Of a stretch of 64,000 nucleotides of DNA, positions 37,761 through 51,489 are shown in pieces (within the stretch, counting starts at the first letter, position 1; each line of letters starts with the position of its first letter). Under the pieces are notes generated by a model. It saw only the letters and a list, made by a program, of their open reading frames with translations. It did not search any database and was not told the DNA's origin. Origin of the DNA: Eledone cirrhosa (Eukaryota); NCBI GenBank assembly GCA_964016885.1, contig CAXHJY010000846.1, forward strand, positions 5,021 through 69,020, read 5' to 3'. The position numbers and the translations under genes were made by a program.

Positions 37761-38120
37761 AGCAACAGTAACAGAAACAACAACAACAGCAACAGAAACA
37801 ACAACAACAACAACAATAACAATAACAACAACAACTATAACAACAACAGAAACAACAGCAGCAGAAACAACAACAACTATAACAACAACAACAACAACAA
37901 CAACAATAAGAATAAGTAAAAGAAAGTTTCTAATTTTGGCACAAGACCAGCAATTTGGAGAGAGGGGAGAAAGTTGATGGTGTTAACAATGGTACTTGAC
38001 TGGTACTTTCTTTTATCAGCTCCATCTGAAAAGATAATGATAATGATGACAATAAAAATTAAAGTTCTCAGCTGACATTGGGGCAGAGGTCACAGGTGTC
38101 AAATGTCAATAAACTTCTCA

Positions 38121-38188
<68 letters not shown>

Positions 38189-38331
38189 TTGAAACAACAG
38201 GAACACTCTTTGTCAGAAATGACAGAAGTCCAACAACAACACACACACACTTGAACATGTGTATGTGTGTGTGTGTGCAGTTCTTTATTTCCAGCAATTA
38301 TGGGGTTCTTATGATGAAATATCAAGTTTAA

Positions 38332-38519
38332 CCCTTTAGCATTTAAACCAGCCATATCCAGACAGAATTCTCTCACCTCTTTCTTTTCAAACTGGCTGTA
38401 AACTGCTGCTCATACTGATGTTAAGGTATTGTTCTCAAAAGATAATATCAAAATCTTATAGGTTTGATGTTATGTGAGAAATACAATAGTAGATATAGAG
38501 TAATGTAAATGGTAAAGGG
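38332..38519. mobile_element. piggyBac-type MITE
   Basis: TTAA-CCCTTTAGCATTTA...TAAATGGTAAAGGG-TTAA; same family as 41896-42106, in opposite orientation. Confidence 0.8.
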
Positions 38520-39151
38520 TTAAGAGCTCTTTATAAATCCCTCAGTAATATTTGGGGTTTGTATCATTAGAAAGGTTTGGAGACTAATATGTTACATTTA
38601 CTGATTTTAGTTTTGTTTTATCATTACTATGTTGTTGAAGCAAATCTTTAATTTTGCTGTAACTAAATCTTTTTAGTGGGAACTGACAGCTTGCATTTTA
38701 TCACTGATTATGATAGAGAACATACAATATACAAATGTATGTATCGTTATGATGAATAGGTGTAATGGGAAATGGAACCCTTCTCTGACACATACATACT
38801 TCACACTGCACAAACAAAATTAATACTGAATGCCAGAGGTCACCTGACAAAAAACAGCTACTGTACGACAACAGTATATGTAACATATGGGATTTAAAGC
38901 CCAGTTAATCTATTGACAATATATTTGAAGGTAGTTAAACACCCACATCCACACAAAAACACAAACAAACACACACAAACATACACATACACATGTAAAT
39001 ATATATATATATACAAGTTTACGTTAGCTTGTAGGGGAAGCACTCACAATGCAGTTAACTCTAAATATTAACTGAATGAGTTGAGTAAAATACTCCTTCC
39101 ATCTCCCAAAGTACCTTACCCAACTTATTCAACTATTATATATACATTTAT

Positions 39152-39182
<31 letters not shown>

Positions 39183-39585
39183 CATACACAGAGAGAGAGA
39201 GAGAGACACACATATATATATAGGAGAGAATACAATCATTACAGGGTGTATGAATGAGAAAACATGTATTCTCGCCTATATATTTTGAAGAGCCCGGAAA
39301 AATTTCCTTGAGCTCATTATATTACAGGGAACAACGCGGGTCCTTTACTCCGTTGCTTCATTTATTATATAATATATATATATATTATAAAGTAAAATAA
39401 CAGGAGGCCAAACAGGTTTAGTTTCCTTAATTTGTCTCAGAGACAACAGGGCATAATAACATGCTGCTTCTATCACCTCGGGGTCAAAAACATAAACACT
39501 TTTTTCTTCTCTGTTTTTCCTTTGCTTTTTTCCTTAAATCCTCTTGGAATGTGTTTACCATCATTCCATTGGTATACATCTATTA

Positions 39586-39656
39586 TGCAATTTACACCTG
39601 AAGATGTTCCCTGGTTCTTACGTAACCTGGCCACTGAAATGTGCATAGTGTTTGCA
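39586..39656 (+). ncRNA. Hammerhead ribozyme motif in an orphan pLTR-like remnant
   Basis: tgcaatttacac CTGAAGA [degenerate stem II] GAAA TGTGCA TA gtgtttgca; flanked by an inverted repeat at about 39386-39432 / 39667-39712. Confidence 0.7.
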
Positions 39657-40366
39657 GAAATAAATAATTAAGGAAATTCAATCTGTTTGGCCTCCTGTCG
39701 TATTACTTTATAATATATTTGACTCCATTCCCACATCAAAGATGGATGAGGTGCTTAACGTTGAGTGCTTTTCTCATATTACGCCATGATTAACATTGCA
39801 GAATAACCAATTCTACCCAGTGCTAAACCACCAAATTGAAACGTGTAAATATATATATATATAATATACATATACATATATATATATATATGTACACATA
39901 TATGTATATTTATATATATATATATTTGTCTACCTTTCTGTTTTTGTTCCTGTCCAACTTTTCACTATATATATATATATATATATACATAGACACACAT
40001 ACATAAATATATATTGAATACATATAAATAAAAATGAGAAAACTCATTGCTAGAACAGCCGTTAAAACAGCTAAATGCTGTCAAGGACAACAATGAGCAA
40101 AAATGCCTCATTGGACAAAGATCAGCAGTCAGTGGTCAACAGAGAGAGACAATCCACAAGGTGGGTGACAGGCAGATGAAATATAGAAAAGATTGAAAGA
40201 GGAGGAGAACAAGGAGAAGTGCAACACTGGTGCAGATGTAGTGAGCAGAGGATAGTGGAATTATCACAAGGGTTGTGATAATCTTAACTATAATTTTTTA
40301 AATAAATAATCTGTTATACTTGTCATGTTTTATGGTAATTGCATATAGGTTTGCATTAGTCTAGAG

Positions 40367-40749
40367 CAGGGTTTCCTAACCTTTTTTCAGCCAGTGTTCC
40401 CTTTGAGCGCAAACTTTTTTCTCAACCCCCTCCCATCAAATTAAATTTCATATAAGATACTGAATTTATAAGACTTCCCATGTTATCTGGTGTATGGCCA
40501 CAGTTCAAATGGGTACAAAACCTAAAGCAAATGTGTATGTGCGTGTGTGTGGTTGGGCCTTTAATCACCAGGGGTCAATTTAAGTTCAAAGTGGAAAAAA
40601 GTCTTTTGAAAGAAAAAAATGGATAAATGCCTACCGCCCGCCTGAGTATATTCACCCCCCCCCCCCCAATGAAATAAAAACTCCCAGCACCTCCTTTCAA
40701 CACAACAGCACCCACAAGTCGGCGCTAGCACCCACATTGGCAAAAACTG
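40367..40749. mobile_element. hAT (Charlie-like) MITE
   Basis: Perfect 8-bp TSD GTCTAGAG at 40359-40366 and 40750-40757; termini CAGGGTTTCCTAA / TTGGCAAAAACTG. Confidence 0.88.
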
Positions 40750-41112
40750 GTCTAGAGTGAGATTATATAATTCACAAAATTACTGATTGCTGTGTTAAAA
40801 AATATACATTTCACAGTTCCTTGGAAGGTAAATAAAATTCAGTGCCAAAGTTAGGCAGTTTTTAGAGAGACGAACCAGTAAGTGCTGTGGTAGAAGACCC
40901 ATCAGCATTCACGGATTAGTAGGTCTTTGATAATGACAGCGATCCACTCAGCGTATTGGGTTCAGTTGATTATATTGCTGAGGTGTAGCTTGTAGTATTC
41001 AGACAAAATTAACAGCAAGTGTATCCAAGGAGCTGAAGGGTTGGGGCATGTTTTAGTATTTCAGTAGAGCTGAGATAATTGTTATTAATGTATAGTAAAT
41101 TAAGGTACAGAA

Positions 41113-41303
41113 ATAATTGTTTCTACTTTTGGCACAAGGCCAGCAATTACCCAGTACATTACTGGTACTTTATTTTATCGACCCCGTAAGGATGAAAGGC
41201 AAAGTTGACCTCGGCGGGATTTGAAGTCAGAATGGAAAGGGCCGTAACTCTATGCGTCAAAGCATGACGTCCGACCCTCTACCGATACTGCCAATCCACT
41301 GCC
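41113..41303 (-). mobile_element. tRNA-derived SINE (family with more than 10 copies in the window)
   Basis: A-box TGGCAGTATCGG, B-box-like TTCAAATCC, central gccgaggtcaactttgcctttcatcc..gtcgataaaataaagtaccag (Meta/MESC-like domain from recall). Other copies at about 42948, 43163, 53815, 54037, 55019, 55303, 55589, 55940, 56225, 57560 and 60270. Confidence 0.85.
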
Positions 41304-41809
41304 CTAAGGAACAGAAATAATGGATTTATATGTTCCAATGTTTACATTAATGCACCTGTGTCTGGAATTTTATTATTATTGTTGATAAAAAGTATTTGTG
41401 GTTCTTTGTTCTATGGGTTGAAATTAATTATTTTATAGTTGTAAGCAGATAGAGACTGTTCAGTTTGAGATAAAATGTTTTTATAGATAATGGTTGGAGT
41501 TTTATTGTAAGTTAAAATAGATGTTCAAAGTAAGATCAAGATTTATGGGTGTTATACATTTTAAATGTAGTTTTGTGTGTGAAAGTTTATGAGTTTGAAA
41601 GATGTACATTATGATATCAGAGTTGTTCATAAGAATATTATATTTCATCTTCTATTTTTTTTTATATACATTTTTGTTTTATGGGTCACAGATGTCATTA
41701 AAAAATACTAAATTACAAAAACAACTGGCATTCAAAACAGAATAGCATTGATTACAAAGTTTTATTGTTGATAGTACAATCTGCAAAACCTAACCAGAAG
41801 ATTTCAAGA

Positions 41810-42730
41810 TAATTGTAAGCCGCTATGTCTAGCTTTTGTTAATCTGGAGAAGGCTTTTGACAGAGTACTACAATCTGTCATCTGGTGATACTTAACCCTT
41901 TAGCATTTACATTACTCTATATTTACTATTGTATTTTCATGGCATAATTACCTTACATAATTATCTCACATAATGAATCTATGAGATTTTGATATTATTT
42001 TGAGAACAATACCTTAACATCCATATGAGTGGCTGGTTACAGCCAGTTTGAACAGAAAGAGGTGAGAGAATAGTGGCCGGATACAGCCGGTTTAAATGCT
42101 AAAGGGTTAAGGAAACTAGGTGTAGAAGAATGGCTTGTGAGAGCAGTACCAGCCATGAAAAGATGAGTTGTCTGTAAAGTGAAGGTAGGAAATTAGTTTA
42201 CTGAGAAATTCAATGTGCAGGTAGGAGTTAATTAAGGCTCAGTCCTCTGTCCACTTCTATTTATTATAGTTCTCCAGGCCACAACAGAGGAGTTTAAGAC
42301 TGTCTGTCCATGAGAACTTCTGTAAACTCATCATCTGGTTCTTATAGCTGAATCTGTGGAATAGTTAGAAAAGAAAATCTGGCTATAGAAACAGAACTTA
42401 GAATCAAAGGAACTCAGAATAAAATTGGGAAAAACCCACGTTTTAGGAAGTAAGAAAGGAACAGGAACCTGATCTCATCAGGGAAGTGATCTTGCTCAAT
42501 ATGTAGAAAAGGAGTAGGTAGAAACTCTATACAATGTGTTTATTGTAAATCTTTGGTACACAAAAGGTAAAACTGATAGCGAGCAGACTAACAGGAAAAG
42601 TAGACTTTGTATGTAATAGATGTACAGAAATCGTTAATAGTAAGAGACAGCATCAGCAAAATATATCTTTTCCAGTCTCAGAAAGGCCCCATAGAAGTGA
42701 CTAATATTTTCTGCTACCTAGGTCATTTGA
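41810..42730 (+). mobile_element. Decayed RTE LINE (RT-PHD region)
   Basis: Colinear with 8815-9510 (FVNLEKAFD, EEFKT, CSICRKG..C..C..WVH), with many stops. Confidence 0.85.
41896..42106. mobile_element. piggyBac-type MITE nested in the RTE
   Basis: TIR CCCTTTAGCATTTA / TAAATGCTAAAGGG; TTAA duplicated at 41892-41895 and 42107-42110; removing it restores RTE continuity. Confidence 0.9.
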
Positions 42731-42947
42731 GCACTAGATACTATCTCAAAGAGTTTCCAAGGCTGGTTAAAGAACATTAGACCAGCTCCCTTATTTGGAA
42801 CACTTTAAAAGGCATACCTACTGGGAACAGCAAGGACCCTCTGATACATTCTGATTATCTGAAGCTACAAGTAATGAGTTGATGTCCATTTGGGCAAATT
42901 TTCCAGTTAAATAACATCACTAACTGAGATATCAAATTCATAATAAT

Positions 42948-43353
42948 AATAATTGTTTCTACTATTGGCACAAGGCCAGCAATTACCCAGTACATTACTG
43001 GTACTTAATTTTATCGACCCCGTAAGGATGAAAGGCAAAGTTAACCGCGGCGGGATTTGAACTCAGAATTGCAAGGGCCATAACTCTATGCGTCAAAGCA
43101 TGGCATCCGACCCTCTAACGATACTGCCATTCTGGTTTAGGCACAAGGCCAGTTCATAATAATAATTGTTTCTACGTTTGGCACAAGGCGAGCAATTACC
43201 CCAGTGCATCACTGGTGCTTTATTTTATTGACCCCATAAGAATGAAAGGCAAAGTTAACCTCAGCGAGATTCAAACTCAGACCGTAAAGGGCCACAACTC
43301 TATGTCGCAAAACATGGCATCCGACCCTCTACCGATTCCGCCAACCCTCCGCC
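42948..43353 (-). mobile_element. Two tandem tRNA-derived SINEs
   Basis: Two copies of the 41113-41303 family. Confidence 0.85.
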
Positions 43354-43376
43354 AGTTCATAATAATAATAATAATG

Positions 43377-44815
43377 ATTTCATTTATTGGCCACAAGGGC
43401 CAACATGTAGGGGACAATACAAAGACAGGGACAGGGGGGTTTATAATAAGGTCGAGTAAAAGTGCACAATAGGAAGACTAATTTAACAATGAAGATATAC
43501 AAATATAAAATAAAGTATGTATAAATATAACAAAATAAATAAATTCCCCTATCGGGGGTGGACGACCCAGGGGTGACTCAGGTACCCCACCAATCCTGAA
43601 CCACCCTGCGCTTCTAGGGCACTCAGGGAGAGCACCCTTCTCCTCAAGTTAGCTAGCCTATAGGCGCATGGTCAGAGTAGGCCCATTCACACGGGCCATT
43701 CTCGCCACATTCATCCACCTTTTAGCAAATGAACTGGGGAGCAGCACTTCTCTCTCCATCCTCACCTTCCTTTCCAGGTGAAACTTGAAGTTGATGAGGG
43801 ATTGGCCGAAGAGAAAAGTGTCTGTCTTCAGTCCTTTTAATCTGGTCCACCATATAACCTCTTTCGCAACTGCCACCAGACAGAGGAAAATTGCCTGCTC
43901 TTCCTAACCTAAGGAAGGCGGCGGGTCGATCTTCACTATGAACTCGGCCGATAGCCGGATCCGTTCCACACGCGACAGTAGCTGTTGGACATAACTCCAT
44001 AAGTCAGTAATGCACGGACATTGGACAAGTGCGTGCAGAACGGTTTCGTCGCTCTGTGCGCATCTCGGGCAGGTCCGTCTGACAGCACTTCCGTGCCTGT
44101 AGAGTTTATCCCGAACCGGCAGTGCCCCCCGGAAGCACTGCCAAGCGAGGGATTTCTGGAAATTGTTCATTATCCCCGGCTCGAAAGTCCTCCGGTACAG
44201 ACTGGTCAGTTCGACTTCATCAAGGCCCAAAGCATCTCCGAGTGCGTCATTGCACTTGCCCACCACTAATCCTCTATAGAACTCAAGAGTGGAAGTTCCA
44301 CTGATTGCATTGCCCGCTTGGTAGAGGGCAGTGAGTGCCTGGCAATATTCCAGGTGCCAGTCACTCAGTCTCAGTCTCTTCTTGACCCAGGACTGCAGCT
44401 CAGTCAAAGAAACGAGCTGCGGAAGGGCCCATCTGATAAACGGCGACCACACCTGTTCACCATTTAGGCAGAATATCTGGAGATATCGCAGCCTCAGCGC
44501 ATGTCTGTGCATCATTAGCTACGGCATGCCCAGCCCTCTGTGTAGAGGGTGCTGGCAGCAGATGAACCGCCTCACCAATGGAACTTGTCCTCTCCACAAG
44601 AATTTGAAGAGGAGCCATTCCAACTTGACGAGGCGCAGACGGGGGCAAGTCACAATGGTCAGGCGGTAATAGATGACAGACGCGATGTACGCATTCGCCA
44701 CCTACATGCGACTTTTCAGCGATATCTTCCTCGCAGCCCATTTATGGATGAGACTGGCTACCCTGCTCATTACATCGTCCCAATTCATATCCACCTTGAG
44801 GTCTGGCCCGAACCA
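43377..44815 (-). mobile_element. Tx1/L1-clade LINE, 5'-truncated, with zf-RVT C-terminus and 3' UTR
   Basis: GLGMP; AWQCFRGALPV..CPRC...ETVLHALVQC (CCHC); AATAAA near the 3' end; (AAT)n on both flanks. Confidence 0.88.
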
Positions 44816-45089
44816 AATAATAATAATAATAATAATTATAATAATATGAATATGAATATTATATATAAGACTGTTATCAATTCTATGTGTATTTAATGAT
44901 AAAACCTAGAATCATTCAGTGTTATCTTGCTCACTGTTTTAACAGTGTTATCCTGTCACCTCATTGTCCTATATTAATACCTAACAACACTGGTATTACA
45001 AACAGTTCTGTTTTGATAATTCTATCATTCTTTTATACTTATATTTAAAAAAAATCATTTTACTGGTTTTCGACTGTGGCTATGCTGAA

Positions 45090-45502
45090 ACACTACCATA
45101 AAGGGTTTTAGTTGATCATATCAGCTCCCGTACTTATAACAGACTTGTACACTACCATAAAGGGTTTTAGTTGATCATATCAGCTCCCGTACTTATAACA
45201 GACTTGTACACAACCATAAAGGGTTTTAGTTGATCATAGCTCCTATACTTATAACAAACTTGTACACTACCATAAAGGGTTTTAGTTGATCATAGCTCCC
45301 GTACTTATAACAAACTTGTACACTACCATAAAGGGTTTTAGTTGATCATATCAGCTCCAGTACTTATAACAGACTTGTACACTACCATAAAGGGGGGTTT
45401 TAGTTGATCATATCAGCTCCAGTGCTTATAACAGACTTGTACACAACCATAAAGGGTTTTAGTTGATCATATCAGCTCCCGTACTTATAACAGACTTGTA
45501 CT
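45090..45502. repeat. 55-62 bp tandem repeat, 7 copies, near-identical
   Basis: Unit acactaccataaagggttttagttgatcatatcagctcccgtacttataacagacttgt. Confidence 0.95.
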
Positions 45503-46084
45503 TATTTTATCACAGCATGACCAGTGATTGTGTTTGTGTTGTGTTATTTTATTGTGGTAGTTGTGTAGAGTGTGCATTGTAATATCTTATTGTGTGGTGA
45601 ATATGTAAAGTATATGTTGTGTGTCATGCTATTTTATTGTGTAGTGTTTGTGTAGAGTATGTGTTGTGTGTTGTGTTATTTTATTGTGGTGATTGTATAC
45701 AATAAGTGTTATGTGATTTTATTGTGGTGATTGTGTATTTTGTGTCATTTTATTGTGTGCAATATGTGTTGTGTTATTTTATTGAGTAGTGAATGTGTAG
45801 AGTATGTGTTGTGATTATGACAAACTTCACTATGATTGTTTTTGACCTACTGACCAGAAATAGAGTCTAAATTTACCAATTTGTTTTTAGGGATGATATC
45901 ATTTGAGCACAACATTATTTTTGGATGCAGTTCAAAGTTCATTAGAACTAAATTAAGAATTATACACTGAGTCATTGATTATTGAATATTTATTCTTGTT
46001 TTCTCTAACTTGGATTCTCATTATATTCATGGCAGGTCTCCAAAATAAATCTTATTTCTTTGGTTTTCTCATTTCTTCCATCGT

Positions 46085-46470
46085 TCATCACCCAACCCCA
46101 ACACCATTACAACATTTACCACCACCACTGTCACTGCTACCACTGTTGGTGTCACCACCAGCACCACCACCATCACCACCAGCACCACCTCCAGTACCAT
46201 CACCAGTACCACCACCACCATCACCACTACTACTACCACCACCACCACTTCCACTGCCACCGCTGTTGGTGGCGATACCAACACCACCATCACCACCACC
46301 ACCATCACCACTACTACTACCACCACCACCACTGCCACTGCCACCGCTGTTGGTGTCGCCACCAACACCACCATCAGTACCACCACCACTACCACCACCA
46401 CCACCACCACCATCACCACTACTACTACCACCACCACTGCCACCACTGTCACTGCCATTGCCACTACCAC
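46085..46470. repeat. (CAC/CAT/TAC)n trinucleotide array with higher-order repeats
   Basis: Direct inspection; ctgttggtg recurs three times. Confidence 0.9.
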
Positions 46471-47107
46471 CTTATAGCTGCTTTTCTATACTGGTATGAG
46501 TCGGACAGATCGTTACAAACCAAGTCAATACTTAATTGGAGCCACTGTCCCCCTAGACGGGTCAGGGGGACTGTGTCTGGATCTGATACAATATATTTTG
46601 GCCTGTTTTTGCAGCTGGATACCCTTCCTAATGCCACCCTCTTTATAGGGTGTACTGGGTGCATTTTATCATCTGATTATTCTAATATAGTTAACTCTGT
46701 AGCTATTTACAATCTTTGGAGAATGTGTAAGGTTGTGTCAATAGTATGGTGAACATTTTTCTGTGTCAGTTATTCAATCACCTGACTGTTGGACTCATTA
46801 AATTAATGTGTAAGCAGTTGAGTATTCCACAGAGATGTGTAGCCTCATGTAATTTTCAAGCAGAATCAGTGTGACATAACGTGATTAGGCTGGACCTTTG
46901 AATTACCAATACAATTCAACATCATCTCCTCATCCTCATCCTCAATTTCATCATTTAATGTCCATTTTCCTTGCTAGTAAGGGTTAGATGGTTGTCACAA
47001 ACTGGTCAGTACTCTAGTAGATTCTCTGATCTCCAGGTGGGTTGGGGCCTTGACATACAATCCCATATACTACAGGGTGAATTTTATTGAGGCACTACAG
47101 AGGTTGT

Positions 47108-47220
47108 GAAGGCACGTGGCTGAGTGGTTAGAGAATTGGATTCACAATTGTGAGGTTGTGAGTTCGACCGGGCGATGCGTTATGTCCTTGAGCAAAACAC
47201 TTTATTTCATGTTGCTCCTT
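47108..47220 (+). mobile_element. tRNA-derived CORE-like SINE 5' part
   Basis: A-box tggctgagtgg, B-box gagttcgacc, then tgtccttgagcaaaacacttta resembling the CORE domain. Confidence 0.6.
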
Positions 47221-48694
47221 CTGCCTGGAGTTGCGACTGATAGATAGTATTAGCAATTGGAAAGACCAATGAAAACATTGTTTCCTCAGTCCGATTTGAT
47301 GAGGTCTGGGATCTTGTTGATCAACTGTTGGTAGAGGTTGTCATGTCTTTGTCATAACTTATGAGTCTTCCTGACAGCTTTTCTATAGCTGAATGTCCTT
47401 TCTATCGCTCAGTACTTTACAGAGTGTACTGGGTGGTCATTTATCATGTAGATTACCAACACTAGGGGCTTGTCATGCTTATGACACAACTGAAGAGTTT
47501 TCTGATTATTTGTTCGGCAGGTTTTCTACAGCAGTATGCCCTTTCTATCACCAACCTAGTGGAAGTCGTTAAGTATTCCACATTCCCTTAAAGCTAATTT
47601 CTGATTTGAATCCAGATAACACGATATGTGCAAAGGCTGGACCTCTGAATTATAGCTGCAATCCATCGGATGGACTTCCAAATAGTTTCCGTCTATCCAA
47701 TTTTACTCTCAAGCCATAAGTTGATGTGAGGCTCTGGTAAAGATACCTGCCAAAGATACCTCATAGTGAAGTTGTATATGGAACCTTTTGATTGCAAAGT
47801 GAACCATTCAAGCATGCCTCATCCATTGCTGGAACATAACATCTATCAACAAGAAGGTTAATGTAAACCATCAAACAGTTTATTACCACCATCTCACCCT
47901 TGGGCTCATTTACTAAAATTCACTCGGAAGCAAGCTTTTGAAATAGATGTCAGGTTTGAGGATTATTTCTTCACACCAATCACAAAGACAATTAAAAGGA
48001 TCATTAGTTCAGCCTTTCTTCTATTGACTAAGCGATTTAACTCTTTATATACCAAATCACCTGAAACTGTCCCTGATTCTATGATATAAAATTGTTTGTT
48101 TTAACCCTTTTGTGACTATTTCTAACGATATCCATTCTATTTCAATTAAATAATGAAGCATTTTGAGGTATTTACTAAAACTATTAAGTATTTCATTGCT
48201 AAGATAATAACTTAACATGTGGTTCTTATATAACATAATGTTGGAACCCTTTCAGATAGGTGGGTATTTTATAGGATCAGGGCCAATTTAGTCAGGTTAG
48301 TAACAAATGGCTTAAATTGATTATATTTGTCAAAATATCTTCCATCATAATTTTATGTAAAAACATTTAAGTTATGTCCAAACATCAGCTTAATAACGAG
48401 AAAGTTAGTTATATTACTAAATCACTCAATTTTTTTATTATTGTCAAAAGTATTTGAAAACAATAGACAGTGTTTTTCACTAGAAATATGTTAATGAAAG
48501 AGTTAAAGTGTTTATCTATCTATATACTACTAAAACTCTGTGATTGTGTGCTTGTTTGTTATTTAATACAGCCAAAATGGCGCATAATGGGAAAATACTT
48601 TGAAAGGAAGTTGCCTCTGAAATGGGAATACAAATGGAATAAAGCAAGTTTTGCATAAATTGGAGTATGGGTTCCCAAGATACAGGGTTTTTGT

Positions 48695-49830
48695 TCTAGC
48701 TAAGTACACTTGTCGCCTAGCTTCCCTCCTGGTCTCTATGTAATGTACCATGCTTCCCCTTGTTTCCATGCCTGTCTCTTGGTTTTAATTGCTTCATCTA
48801 CCTTATTGTTCCACCACCAAATCATCCACTTTCTCCCTGTAGTCTTGCTCCAACCACAGATCTCATCTGTCGCCTTTAGTAAGTTATTTTTTAGGAACTT
48901 CCAGTGCTTTTCTATATTGAATGTCTCTATCTGTTCTTCTTTACTGTCATAAGCATCAAGTAAAATATCTCTAAATCTGTTACTGGCTGAAGGATCTTTC
49001 AGTTCCAGATCTTTCTTCTCCAGGTTGCCTTCAGTTTTAAAGTTTGTCTAGCTCTGATAATGAGGTCGCTGACAACTAGGCTGTGTTGGGAGGTACCTTC
49101 CTTGTCTGGGAAGGCTTTTGTGTTTACAACCATCCATCTTTCTCGTCCTCTGGTAAGGATAAAATCTATCTGACTAGAATGCTCTCCGTATCTATAGGTG
49201 ATCAGGTGGTTGTTGGGTTTTTTGAAGTTTGTGTTACATATCGACAGGTCATTGGTGTTGCAGAATTCTAGAAGCCTGTAACCTTCTTCATTTCTTGCAC
49301 CAAACCCGTTGCCTCCATGGACTCTATAGAAGCCATCACAGTATTTCCTGTGTCCGTTAAAGTCTCCTACAACGAGTAGGAAGTCATTGTCACTCATTAG
49401 AGTGGTAGTGTGCATGAGGGACTAAAACCTATCTTTAAGTCTGCCTGGCAACCCAGATTGGGTGCGTAAGCGGATATAATTGTAGCTATTGTTTTATTCA
49501 TGACTAGTTTGAGTTTAATTAATAATGCGTTCATCTTGTTCACTGAAATTAACTTATCTTCCTATTTATCAGTTAATAGTATACCTACACCACCCAGCCC
49601 ATTATCATTTCCCACCCAGAAAAACTTGTAACACTATTTTTTGCCAACGAGGAGCCTAGCTGACCCTCCTCTCCATCTAGTCTCTTGCACATAACATACA
49701 TCAATTTCTTTTCGCTCTAATATCTCTACAATTTCTCCTGTTCTTCCTTTCATTGTGCTCACATTGATTGTGCTGATTCGGTATTTGGGAGTTTGACGTC
49801 AATCATGGGTGAGGGTGAGTTTTTGCGAAG
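48695..49830 (-). mobile_element. RTE LINE 5' fragment (APE endonuclease) inside Helitron unit 1
   Basis: STINVSTMKGRTGEIVE, VQETRW, GVGILL, ISAYAP, VVGDFNGH, SQIDFIL, QHSLVVSD; ends at RRQVYLA. Confidence 0.88.
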
Positions 49831-50370
49831 GCGGGTGTGTGTGTGTGTGTGTGTGTGTATGCTTTCTGTATCTGAATTAAGGATTCGCATGGTCACCTGG
49901 GTTCATATTCACTGAAAGTTGTTCCATCATCTTCAGCTCATCCATAGATAATGATAAACAAAGATTTCTCAAGGGAAGTGGGGTTAAGAAAGATAACTAT
50001 TAGTAGCATTTGTTGCCTGGGGTGATGGATGATGGTATGTGTTGCTGTGGTATAATTGGTCAGTGAGTCTATCGTGGTGTGTGGGAGTGGGAGGGGAAGA
50101 AATATGAGCTAAGTAAGTATATGTACATAAATGTCTCAAGGAAAATAGAGAATTGTAGGGATAAATACATTGAGCTCTGAGAAAGTCTAGAAGTCTAGCT
50201 GTCTATGAATAGCTAATATAGATAAATTATACAGGCATTATAAACAGAATAAAATATACCGACTTGCTTCTTTGCTTGAAGAATGAATGAATGAATGAAA
50301 GATAGAAAGATATATCGTAAGAGATATGTAAAGAGAGAGAGAGAGAGACAGATAGATAGAGAGAGAGAGA

Positions 50371-50402
<32 letters not shown>

Positions 50403-51489
50403 TGTAACTCGCATGGTGATCGAGGCGGATAGAAGATAGAAAATAGAAAAACACGGGCAAAGATGTGTACGTAAATATATATATGTATACACACACACAT
50501 ACTTATATACACACATACATATATATGGGCCTTTCAATTTCATTTTACATTATATACATGTCTGTGTATATTTTAATTATTTAAAAATTATTTTTAAGTG
50601 AACGTGACCTAACGGGTCACTGGTTGTCTAGTATACTAAATATCTGATTGTGCGCTTGTCTGTAATTTAATAGTCAAAACGGTGCATAATGGGAAAATAC
50701 TTTGAAAGGAAGTTGACCCTGAAATGGGAATACAAATGGAATAAAACAAGTTTTGCATAAATCGGAGTACGGGTTCCCGAGATATGGGGTTTTTCCAGGT
50801 ACCTTCATAAATAGAGAGAGAGAAAGATAGAGAGAAAGAGACAGAGAAGGAAAATGGAAGCGAGACATATATATATATATATATGGGCCTTCTAATTTCA
50901 TTTCACATTATATACATGTCTGTGTATATTTTAATTATTTAAAAATTATTTAAGTGAACATGATTTTGAAAAAATATTTTTAAGTGAACGTTACCCAACA
51001 TGTCACGGGTGGTCTAGTATACTACTAAAACTATGTGATTGTGTGCTTGTCTGTAATTTAATACAGCCAAAATGGTGCATAATGGGAAAATACTTTGAAA
51101 TGAAGTTGCACCTGAAATGGGAATACAAATGAAATAAAACAAGTTTTGCATAAATCAGAGTACGGGTTCCCGTGGTATGGGTGTTTTTGTTTTTCCGGGT
51201 ACCTTCATAAATAAAGAGAGAGAAAGAGATAGTGGTTGTGAGGGAGCAGATTCAAAGAAGGATCTATATAGAGAGAGAAGGAGACAGAGAAGGAAAATGG
51301 GAGAGAGAGAGAGCTGGAGGTGTTGAATTAAATTATATTAGGTGACTTCAAAGAATTGAATACAGCATTATAGTTTGGTGACTGAATATTAAGTCATGTG
51401 TATCATATAACTTGTGTGTAGTGAATATTTCCTGCTCAATAGGAAGGGTTTCTAAGCTTGCATGCATATGTGTGTATATGTGTATATAT

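Noticed and set aside
37732-37977. Thr-rich mucin-like ORF
   Set aside because: (ACA)n microsatellite.
38780-38900. Possible minus-strand exon with a gtatgt donor
   Set aside because: Several competing acceptors, no recognisable product; insufficient support.
41113-41303. tRNA genes
   Set aside because: A/B boxes belong to SINE heads; no cloverleaf, and they continue into a shared SINE body.
45090-45502. CRISPR array
   Set aside because: Contiguous tandem units with no unique spacers.
45975-46752. Pro-rich and His-rich ORFs
   Set aside because: Products of a (CAC)n trinucleotide array; no splice or domain support.
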